A DNA stretch of 42,861 bases from a virus. Its lineage: Duplodnaviria > Caudoviricetes. The notes under the pieces are model-generated. The model did no database searches, was not told the origin of the DNA, and saw only the letters and a list, made by a program, of their open reading frames with translations. A program made the position numbers and the translations under genes. The stretch is taken from IMG/VR virus record IMGVR_UViG_3300035135_001806, positions 1 to 42,861 of that record; one strand, written 5' to 3'. Of the stretch, positions 1 to 7,152 are shown piece by piece (within the stretch, counting starts at the first letter, position 1; every line of letters begins with the position of its first letter).

Positions 1-205
1 GAGATCTACAGATGTTGATCAAATGCGTGATACATTTCACACTATAACAAATGGTGCATATAGCAATCTACTGTACGAACTATTTTCAAAAGAACGTGTT
101 GAAGCAGAACTTGAAAAGTTTTTAGAGTTTGACTTCTTCCCAAGAGTCGGGGGCGGTATTGGAATGACTAGAATGATTGCCGCACTAGACAAGTTAGAAG
201 GTTAA
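1..205 (+). CDS. C-terminal part (5'-truncated by window) of an AsnA-like / class II aminoacyl-tRNA synthetase-like protein
   Basis: Frame open from nt 2 (RSTDVDQMRDTF...). Ends with FFPRVGGGIGMTRMIAAL, resembling class II aaRS motif 3 and especially AsnA (IGGGIGQSRL). Confidence 0.7.
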   Translation, partial: RSTDVDQMRDTFHTITNGAYSNLLYELFSKERVEAELEKFLEFDFFPRVGGGIGMTRMIAALDKLEG

Positions 206-211
206 TTATAA

Positions 212-312
212 TCTGGGGTGGTGGAAATGGTAGACACGCATGATTGTTTCTCATGTGCCAAATGTACTGCAATATATTTAGCGTGAAGGTTCGAGTCCTT
301 CCCCCAGAGCCA
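212..312 (+). tRNA. Atypical tRNA with Asn anticodon (GTT) and long variable arm
   Basis: Acceptor TCTGGGG/CCCCAGA, discriminator G plus encoded CCA; Leu/Ser-type D arm GTGGAAATGGTAGACAC; anticodon stem CATGA/TCATG with loop TTGTTTC; 29-nt variable region; T arm GAAGG-TTCGAGT-CCTTC. Confidence 0.85.
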
Positions 313-329
313 ATTTTTTCCAAAAAAGG

Positions 330-358
330 TTGACTTTTATAAATAGAGATACTATATT
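330..358 (+). promoter_or_regulatory. Sigma70-like promoter with an embedded T4-late-type TATAAATA
   Basis: TTGACT (330-335), 17-nt spacer, TATATT (353-358); TATAAATA at 338-345. Confidence 0.65.
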
Positions 359-387
359 AGTATTATTAACAAAGAAGGAATATTTAC

Positions 388-435
388 ATGATTAAGACTA
401 TCAGAACAAATATTAATTGTTGGCCTCCAGGTTAG
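388..435 (+). CDS. Putative attenuator leader peptide MIKTIRTNINCWPPG
   Basis: AAGGAA SD at 375-380, ATG 388, TGT-TGG (Cys-Trp) at 418-423, TAG 433-435; followed by alternative hairpins and a terminator. Confidence 0.7.
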   Translation: MIKTIRTNINCWPPG

Positions 436-468
436 GGGTATGTCTTGACGTGAATTTTCAACGTTGTT

Positions 469-505
469 AAGCCCCTAGTAATTAGTTTTATTAGGGGCTT
501 TTTTT
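469..505 (+). terminator. Rho-independent terminator (attenuator 3:4 hairpin) directly before tRNA-Trp
   Basis: AAGCCCCTAGTAA / TTATTAGGGGCTT stem followed by a T7 run (499-505). Confidence 0.8.
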
Positions 506-579
506 GTCGGTGAAGTGTTACGGTAGCACATCAGTCTCCAAAACTGAAGGCCGGGGTTCGACTCCCTGCACCGATGCCA
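506..579 (+). tRNA. tRNA-Trp (CCA)
   Basis: Acceptor GTCGGTG/CACCGAT, anticodon arm TCAGT-CTCCAAA-ACTGA, TTCGACT loop, G73 plus CCA. Confidence 0.93.
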
Positions 580-580
580 A

Positions 581-654
581 CACCTAGTGGCAGAATGGCT
601 ATGCAACGGACTGCAACTCCGTGTATGGGGGTTCGATTCCCTCCTAGGTGTCCA
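581..654 (+). tRNA. tRNA-Cys (GCA)
   Basis: Acceptor CACCTAG/CTAGGTG, anticodon arm ACGGA-CTGCAAC-TCCGT, TTCGATT loop, U73 (Cys identity element) plus CCA. Confidence 0.93.
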
Positions 655-661
655 ATTTCGG

Positions 662-689
662 TTGACATATTAGTGTAATGTGTTATAAT
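662..689 (+). promoter_or_regulatory. Sigma70-like promoter upstream of DNA ligase
   Basis: TTGACA (662-667), 16-nt spacer, extended TGnTATAAT (681-689). Confidence 0.7.
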
Positions 690-718
690 GTATAAAATTA
701 GGCAATGAAGAGGCAATT

Positions 719-2047
719 ATGAGAACACAACCACAAACAATTATAGCAAAACTCGAAGCAGATAATTCTAGACTTGCAAAAGAGGCAGTTATAGAAGAAG
801 CTATGAACGAGGGCTTAGATGAATTTTTCGAAGGTGTCAAAATGGCACTTGATCCACTTGTTACATTTGGTGTAAAGCAAGTTCCTGAAAAAGAAGAAAA
901 TGAAGTTTTAACACCACAAGGTCTTGCATGGCCTACCTTTAAAGAATTAGCACGTAAACTAATTGATAGGCAACTTACAGGTCACAATGCTAGAGATGCA
1001 ATTATACTTTGTAAAGATCTTGCAACAGCAGAACAGTGGAATATGTTTTATCGTAGAATCTTAATCAAAGATCTACGTTGCGGTGTTTCAGAAAAAACTG
1101 TAAACAAAATTGCAAAGAAATTTCCGCAGTATGCTATCCCAACATTTACTTGCCCACTTGCACATGACAGTGCTAACCATGAAAAGAAAATGGTAGGTAA
1201 GAAACAAATTGAAATCAAACTAGATGGCGTAAGAGTTATTACTATTATCCGTGGCAATAAAGTAGAGATGTTTTCTCGTAACGGAAAACAGTTTCACAAC
1301 TTTGGTCATATCATTGCAGAGATTGAAGAAGTTATTTCACAAAAGCCTGCTCCGTATGATCTTGTTTTAGATGGTGAAGTAATGAGTGCAAACTTCCAAG
1401 ACCTTATGAAGCAAGTGCATCGTAAAGACGGGAAACAATCAGATGATGCTGTATTGCATTTGTTTGACATGTGTCCTTTAGAAGACTTCCAAAAAGGTAT
1501 TTGGGATAAACCACAATCTTTTAGAAGTCAAGCAGTTAAGGCTTGGGTAGAACAGAATGCAAGCGTTTTACAGCACGTACAAGCACTTGAATGGGAAGAT
1601 GTGGATCTAAGTACTGCTGAAGGACAAGAACGCTTTGTAGAGCTTAATAAAGCGGCTGTAGACGGTGGTTACGAAGGTGTAATGATAAAAGACGTAGATG
1701 CACCTTACGAGTGTAAAAGAACGCATAGTTGGTTGAAAGCTAAACCCTTTATAGAAATTACATTGAAAGTTGTTGCGGTCGAAGAAGGCACAGGCCGTAA
1801 TGAAGGAAGATTAGGTGCCATTATTGTAGAAGGAGAAGACGATGGATACAATTATCGCCTTAACTGTGGGAGCGGCTTCACTGATGCTCAACGTGATGAG
1901 TACTGGATTGAACGTGATAGTCTCGTTGGTCAGCTAGTTGAGATTAGAGCAGATGCTAGAACAAAGTCTCAGGATAGTGAAACGTATAGTCTTAGGTTTC
2001 CAAGGTTCAAAACGTTCCGAGGATTTGAGCCAGGGGAGAAAATCTAA
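719..2047 (+). CDS. ATP-dependent DNA ligase
   Basis: KLDGVR adenylation motif, LDGE, EGVMIK, WLKAK, OB-fold ending SLRFPRF. Confidence 0.95.
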   Translation: MRTQPQTIIAKLEADNSRLAKEAVIEEAMNEGLDEFFEGVKMALDPLVTFGVKQVPEKEENEVLTPQGLAWPTFKELARKLIDRQLTGHNARDAIILCKDLATAEQWNMFYRRILIKDLRCGVSEKTVNKIAKKFPQYAIPTFTCPLAHDSANHEKKMVGKKQIEIKLDGVRVITIIRGNKVEMFSRNGKQFHNFGHIIAEIEEVISQKPAPYDLVLDGEVMSANFQDLMKQVHRKDGKQSDDAVLHLFDMCPLEDFQKGIWDKPQSFRSQAVKAWVEQNASVLQHVQALEWEDVDLSTAEGQERFVELNKAAVDGGYEGVMIKDVDAPYECKRTHSWLKAKPFIEITLKVVAVEEGTGRNEGRLGAIIVEGEDDGYNYRLNCGSGFTDAQRDEYWIERDSLVGQLVEIRADARTKSQDSETYSLRFPRFKTFRGFEPGEKI

Positions 2048-2127
2048 CCTAGTGCGTTGGGATTTAGAAAAAGAAGGTTAGAATAATCAGAATAGTTTAT
2101 GGTTGTCTTTAGGCTATTAAATAACTG

Positions 2128-2316
2128 ATGGCTATAAAAAAATACCACATACTCGATTCTACAAAGAAGAGGGTAGAAAGTAATTTACCTGATCAAACTC
2201 ATGTTGATACTGTAATTGCTTTTCTAAAAGAACAAAATCCACATGAAAAATATACAGTAGAGGAGGAAACTGTCTATACAGTAAAAGGTTTAGGCAGAGA
2301 TCCAGATCTTCACTAA
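2128..2316 (+). CDS. Small hypothetical protein
   Basis: 62-aa ORF directly behind a TTAAATA late-type motif. Confidence 0.65.
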   Translation: MAIKKYHILDSTKKRVESNLPDQTHVDTVIAFLKEQNPHEKYTVEEETVYTVKGLGRDPDLH

Positions 2317-2402
2317 TGAATAGAGAAGAAGTTATAGCATGGCAGGCAACTCATGTTGATGATCCTTGTGACGATTGTACACACTGGATAGGATACATTT
2401 GA
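2316..2402 (+). CDS. Very small hypothetical protein (MNREEVIAWQATHVDDPCDDCTHWIGYI)
   Basis: TAATG coupling to the previous ORF; fills the gap up to the next promoter. Confidence 0.45.
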   Translation: MNREEVIAWQATHVDDPCDDCTHWIGYI

Positions 2403-2413
2403 GTCATTTTTTC

Positions 2414-2442
2414 TTGACAAAATACAACCTTTGCTATATACT
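2414..2442 (+). promoter_or_regulatory. Sigma70-like promoter
   Basis: TTGACA-17 nt-TATACT. Confidence 0.7.
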
Positions 2443-2466
2443 GCTATAAACAATCAGGAGAGTTTC

Positions 2467-3759
2467 ATGGCATTACCAAAACGAACAAAGAAGAAAGTTG
2501 TCAGAGGAGCGCCAAGAGTACGGCGTGGTGATAAATTAAAAGCACCGAGTTGGGATGGATGGGAAGAATGGAGTGGTGAGCAATTTCATAGATTCCGTGA
2601 TGCTAGTCGTGCTTTTTACTATGAAAACTATAAAGCCGCTGATTTGTATCCACATACCTACAAGTGGATGAAAGAAAACGGATATACTGCTGAACAAATT
2701 AGACAAGCAAAAGCCGCTCCTAGTTATGAATTAAGTATTACTGCCGCTATAGTTGCAAAGCAACTGCTAGATGGCATGCCCGATTATAATGCAAAACAAA
2801 ATGAATATTGGGAAAGCCTGCCTGGCACAATGGGCAGTGTACAGCCTGCTTCAGTATTCTTAAAACAACGAATTGAACGTGCAATTGAAGTTGGTAGCAA
2901 AGTTGTAGAAGTCAAGAAAGAAGAAGAAAAGGCAAAGAAAGATGTGTATGTGCCTAGTATACAAGAGCGTATACGTGACCAAGCATATATACAAAGCGAA
3001 GCAATTGAAGATTGGTTAGAAGGTTGGTTAGTTGACCCAAAGTCATTTGACCCGAAAGGGTTCGACTTCAAAAAACACTTTTCAGATAAAGGTGTTACAC
3101 AGGCACATGCTAGAAAGTTAAAAACATTCTATGTAGATGCTCTAGTAGACTTTGATGAATTAGAACGATATCCTACAGCAGGACAATTGAAAAAAATGAG
3201 TGAGCTTGATCAAGATTTGTGGGCTCAACTCAAAGAAGGTTATTCACATATCAAGAAAGCAGACATCAAAAACTATCGTATTGCAATAGGAGAACTTATA
3301 ACAGCATTAGATTTTGTAATTGATAGTGCAAAAGCAACACGCAAGCCACGTAAACCGAAGGTATACAGTGCTGATAAACTTGTTGCAAAATTAAAGTACC
3401 TCAAAGTTGATGACAAGTATAAACTTGCAAGTATTGATCCTTCACAAATTATCGGTGCAAATGAGCTGTGGGTTTTTAATGTTAAAACTAGAAAATTAGG
3501 CAAATATATTGCTAGTAATATAGATCCAAAAGGCATGCAACGAGAAGGTAGTGGACTCAGTGTAAAAGGCACCACTATTCAAGGATATGACGAATCATTA
3601 AGTTTACAAAAAACGCTTAGAAAACCTCCAGAGCAATTGAAAGAATTCAAAGACGCAGGAAAAGTCAAATTACGTAAGTTTTTAGATGAAATAGCAACAA
3701 CCGACACAAAGCTCAATGGAAGAATAAATCCTGAAACTGTGCTACTTAAGGTTTCTTGA
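2467..3759 (+). CDS. Hypothetical phage protein (basic N-terminus)
   Basis: Long ORF; start placed at ATG 2467 behind an AGGAG SD; no family recognised. Confidence 0.75.
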   Translation: MALPKRTKKKVVRGAPRVRRGDKLKAPSWDGWEEWSGEQFHRFRDASRAFYYENYKAADLYPHTYKWMKENGYTAEQIRQAKAAPSYELSITAAIVAKQLLDGMPDYNAKQNEYWESLPGTMGSVQPASVFLKQRIERAIEVGSKVVEVKKEEEKAKKDVYVPSIQERIRDQAYIQSEAIEDWLEGWLVDPKSFDPKGFDFKKHFSDKGVTQAHARKLKTFYVDALVDFDELERYPTAGQLKKMSELDQDLWAQLKEGYSHIKKADIKNYRIAIGELITALDFVIDSAKATRKPRKPKVYSADKLVAKLKYLKVDDKYKLASIDPSQIIGANELWVFNVKTRKLGKYIASNIDPKGMQREGSGLSVKGTTIQGYDESLSLQKTLRKPPEQLKEFKDAGKVKLRKFLDEIATTDTKLNGRINPETVLLKVS

Positions 3760-3770
3760 TAAATACTTAC

Positions 3771-4880
3771 ATGAGCAAGATCGATCAAAAATTATCAGAA
3801 ATGCGTAATGGATTTGAGGCTGTTTCACAAGCAGTTGAAGCCATTGCCAAAAAAACACCAAGTGCGCCTGATGTATCTGGAATATTAGACAGAAGTTTAT
3901 CAGGCAACAAAATCCAAGGCGGCAGAATTGCAGAATTTAGTAGTGCAGGTATAAAAGATACAGCAAGCGATTATATACTAAATGTAACAGATAATGGTAT
4001 CACAGTTGATACAGCTCGTATAAACAACATTGCAAACGCTCTTAATGTAAATGGTAATTTAACAGTAGCAGGTGAAGTTCATGCTACAAGGTTACACGTA
4101 GATGAAGTAGTTGCGGATATAAGAAACGAAACAACTAGCAATTTAGAATTCCGTGCAGAAGGCGGAAGTGTAAGTAATAAAGGCTTGATATGGGCAGGCG
4201 AAGGCAACACACGACAGTTTACTATGCAAGGAGACAGACTGTTTAGTAGTAACAGTATTGATCTACATAAAGATCAAAGTTTCAAGATTGCAAATAGATC
4301 AGTGTTGTCAAGAACTGCATTAGGACAAGAAGTTACACAAAGTTCGTTGACAACTGTAGGCATTTTACAGAATCTATCTGTAGAAGGAAATTTAACAGTA
4401 GACAACTATGTTTATTGGGACAGTGATACAATGCGTTTAGGCATTGGTCTTGATAATCCAAATGGTGCATTAAGCGTTGGATCATTAGAACATGAATTTG
4501 TTGTAGATTACAATGAAGTAGGAACATTCAAATTAGGAACATGGACTACAAGCGAACTTAATATTATTACAGACAATACTACTAGAATACATGTAGATGA
4601 TACTGGTGCAATTACTTTGAATAATAAAGTAAGTGTACAAGGTAAACTAGGTGTTAATGTAAGTAACTTTGGTGACGATGCTGATATTACAACAGCAGGA
4701 CCAATAAAAATGCAAGGTAAAAAAATGCAAGTTGGTTCAGATACACCTACAGAAGGTTCTTATAGAGTAGGCGACATTGTTTGGAATACTTCACCGAGAC
4801 CAACTGGCTATGTTGGTTGGATATGTGTCCGAGAAGGCACGCCTGGCGAATGGAAACCTTTCGGTCAAATAGCATCATAA
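3771..4880 (+). CDS. Putative virion structural / tail fibre-associated protein
   Basis: Beta-rich repetitive sequence; C-terminal GDIVWNTSPRPTGYVGWICVREGTPGEWKPFG motif typical of phage fibre/spike proteins; late motif GATAAATA upstream. Confidence 0.65.
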   Translation: MSKIDQKLSEMRNGFEAVSQAVEAIAKKTPSAPDVSGILDRSLSGNKIQGGRIAEFSSAGIKDTASDYILNVTDNGITVDTARINNIANALNVNGNLTVAGEVHATRLHVDEVVADIRNETTSNLEFRAEGGSVSNKGLIWAGEGNTRQFTMQGDRLFSSNSIDLHKDQSFKIANRSVLSRTALGQEVTQSSLTTVGILQNLSVEGNLTVDNYVYWDSDTMRLGIGLDNPNGALSVGSLEHEFVVDYNEVGTFKLGTWTTSELNIITDNTTRIHVDDTGAITLNNKVSVQGKLGVNVSNFGDDADITTAGPIKMQGKKMQVGSDTPTEGSYRVGDIVWNTSPRPTGYVGWICVREGTPGEWKPFGQIAS

Positions 4881-4935
4881 AATAATGAAAAGACAGAGAG
4901 TAAATACTCTTGCTAAAAGGCAAGGAGGCAAACGT

Positions 4936-5241
4936 ATGTGGGAAAAAATAGTTAGGCAAATAAAATGGTGGAAATATGCCGCGTGGACACTACCGTTCAT
5001 AGCGGTTTTCCTATTAATCAGTTCGGAGTTATTAGGCGGTGACTGGAAGGCTAAAGTTATATGTGGTGTAATTACCCTGTTTTTATTAGTAAGTGTATTT
5101 TGGTGGTGGTGGTGTGTGGATAAAATAAAAATAATCTTCGCATATCAAAAAGCAAATGAACTAACATTCAAAGAAGTATTAAAAGAAATACGCGAAACAA
5201 AAAAGATGTTTGAAAATGACAAGGATAATTGGCAACGGTGA
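4936..5241 (+). CDS. Small membrane protein (2 predicted TM helices)
   Basis: GGAGG SD before ATG 4936; two hydrophobic stretches, Trp-rich. Confidence 0.7.
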   Translation: MWEKIVRQIKWWKYAAWTLPFIAVFLLISSELLGGDWKAKVICGVITLFLLVSVFWWWWCVDKIKIIFAYQKANELTFKEVLKEIRETKKMFENDKDNWQR

Positions 5242-5782
5242 AAGTAGGTTAGGAGTTGACATTGGTCAATGCCAAGATGTGGTGGTAGGATGTAATGCCA
5301 TACACAGAGATTTTGCTGTAGATCATTTAGTGTGTGTTGATAGACGAATGGTTAAAGACGCACAATTAAATAATTTCCAAGGAAAAATATACACAAGAAA
5401 AGATTGGGTTGGACAATTTGTCGATGTAGAAATTGTCCCTGATCTTCCTTATAAAGGCTTAAAAAGATGGGACGAGCCATTCCAATGGGGAAGCGGACCT
5501 TATGCAGTTCTACTAGGATGTTTATTGTCTGAAGATATACATATGCTTGGGTTTGATTTGCATAGCAAAACTAAAACAGTTAATAACATTTACAAAGGCA
5601 CAACCGGTTACGATGCAGAAGACAGACATGCTGTTGATCCAAGATATTGGATACATCAAATAGGAATGGTGTTCAAACACTTTCCTAATCACAAATTTAC
5701 AATATACAATGATGAATGGATACTACCAGAATCCTGGAATTTTCCAAATGTTTCACTTGACAAGATAAGTAATTTCGTGTAA
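5216..5782 (+). CDS. Hypothetical protein, Maf/sialyltransferase-like Rossmann-type fold possible
   Basis: IIGNGESR...VGCNA...LVCVD...MLGFD pattern seen in Maf/GT29-like families. Confidence 0.5.
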   Translation: MTRIIGNGESRLGVDIGQCQDVVVGCNAIHRDFAVDHLVCVDRRMVKDAQLNNFQGKIYTRKDWVGQFVDVEIVPDLPYKGLKRWDEPFQWGSGPYAVLLGCLLSEDIHMLGFDLHSKTKTVNNIYKGTTGYDAEDRHAVDPRYWIHQIGMVFKHFPNHKFTIYNDEWILPESWNFPNVSLDKISNFV

Positions 5783-5785
5783 TAT
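5757..5785 (+). promoter_or_regulatory. Sigma70-like promoter for queD-like gene
   Basis: TTGACA-17 nt-TAATAT. Confidence 0.6.
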
Positions 5786-5849
5786 ATTACACAATAGGAC
5801 TTGGCGTCAACCCTTCTAATTCTGCCGCCATTATTATATAGGAGATAAT

Positions 5850-6335
5850 ATGGCTTACTTTAGTACAAAAACATACGGACACAACATCGGACTTTCAGCG
5901 GTGTTCCGTCAACCAAACGCAGATCATTCACATTGTCATTTGCTACATGGTTATAGTTTGCAATTTAAATTTACATTTGGTTGTTCTAATTTAGATAATA
6001 AAAACTGGGCAGTTGACTTTGGTGGACTAAAACCACTGAAAGCATGGCTAGAAGATTCATTTGATCACAAACTATGTATCGACAAAGATGATCCTATGAA
6101 AGATGAACTGTTACTACTTGAAACAAAAGGCCTCGCAGAGATTAGACAGTTTGATGGAGTAGGTGCAGAGAAATTTGCAGAACATGCCTGGCGTTTTGCA
6201 GATAACCTAGTACGAAAAGCAACAGATAATCGCTGTTGGTGTGAATCAGCTGAATGTGCAGAGCATGGTGCAAATAGTGCTATCTATACGCCTTTTGAAG
6301 TACAGAAGATGTCTTTTGCAGATGCCAAAAATTGA
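5850..6335 (+). CDS. queD: 6-pyruvoyl-tetrahydropterin synthase / QueD-like T-fold enzyme
   Basis: HSHCHLLHGYS, VDFGGLK, FDH, AEKFAE motifs. Confidence 0.85.
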   Translation: MAYFSTKTYGHNIGLSAVFRQPNADHSHCHLLHGYSLQFKFTFGCSNLDNKNWAVDFGGLKPLKAWLEDSFDHKLCIDKDDPMKDELLLLETKGLAEIRQFDGVGAEKFAEHAWRFADNLVRKATDNRCWCESAECAEHGANSAIYTPFEVQKMSFADAKN

Positions 6336-7140
6336 TAAAGAAATTTTAACAAAAAAAGAATGGCACCGTATTAGAGAACAACGGCGCCGCGAAAAAGAGA
6401 TAGCAACTCTTGCTATCCCTGACAACAGTAATGAATATTTTGTATTATGTTTAAAGCATGGTACAAAATACTCTGCTGATTATGTAAACAAATTATTCAA
6501 TATGTGTAGACGTCATTGCACACTTGATTTCAAATTTGCTTGTATGACAGAGGATCCTTCAGGACTTGATGAAGATATAATTATCATACCTTTACCATCC
6601 TATCTGAAAGGATGGTGGTGTAAACCATATATGTACAATAAAGATCTTCCCATTAAAGGCACTATACTTTATATGGATTTAGATATTGTTATTGCAAATA
6701 ATATAGATAGGTTGTTTGAATTCCAACCAGGTTATTGGATGACTTGCAGAGATTTTACACGAGTAATGCGCCCAGGCTGGCAAAAATACAACAGCAGTAT
6801 AGTTAGATTCGCAACAGGCCAATTAGATTTTTTATGGCAAAAATTTGCAGAAGATCCTGAATTAATACAAAAACAATTTTTTGGAGATCAAGATTATCTA
6901 TATGATGAAGCAGTACGACAAGGGAAACAAGCAAGATTGTTTCCTGACGAATGGATAAGAAGTTGGAAATGGGAAGTAAGATCGGATAGAACATTTGCAC
7001 CAGGAGGCACCAAAGGAAATAGAAAACTAGCAACAATTGAGCAGGTAGAACCAAAACCAGAAACTTGTGTTTGTGTATTCCATGGTGATCCTAATCCTGC
7101 TAATTGTAATGATCCATGGGTGGTTGACAATTGGAAATAA
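6322..7140 (+). CDS. GT-A fold glycosyltransferase
   Basis: CLKHGTKYSADYV, GWWCK, YMDLD (DxD), NSSIV, GDQDYL, FHGDPNP. Confidence 0.8.
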   Translation: MPKIDKEILTKKEWHRIREQRRREKEIATLAIPDNSNEYFVLCLKHGTKYSADYVNKLFNMCRRHCTLDFKFACMTEDPSGLDEDIIIIPLPSYLKGWWCKPYMYNKDLPIKGTILYMDLDIVIANNIDRLFEFQPGYWMTCRDFTRVMRPGWQKYNSSIVRFATGQLDFLWQKFAEDPELIQKQFFGDQDYLYDEAVRQGKQARLFPDEWIRSWKWEVRSDRTFAPGGTKGNRKLATIEQVEPKPETCVCVFHGDPNPANCNDPWVVDNWK

Positions 7141-7152
7141 ATGTAGTATATT
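7124..7152 (+). promoter_or_regulatory. Sigma70-like promoter for uvsE
   Basis: TTGACA-17 nt-TATATT; suggests transcription start near ATG 7159. Confidence 0.6.

Noticed and set aside
212-312. Calling the first tRNA a Leu/Ser or selenocysteine tRNA
   Set aside because: The 7-nt loop centres on GTT, not a Leu/Ser/TCA anticodon, and the acceptor and T stems are the standard 7/5 bp.
531-716. Minus-strand 61-aa ORF
   Set aside because: It is the antisense shadow of tRNA-Trp, tRNA-Cys and the ligase promoter.
2043-2082. Inverted repeat TCTAACCT/AGGTTAGA after the ligase gene
   Set aside because: Large loop and no U-tract; too weak to call a terminator.
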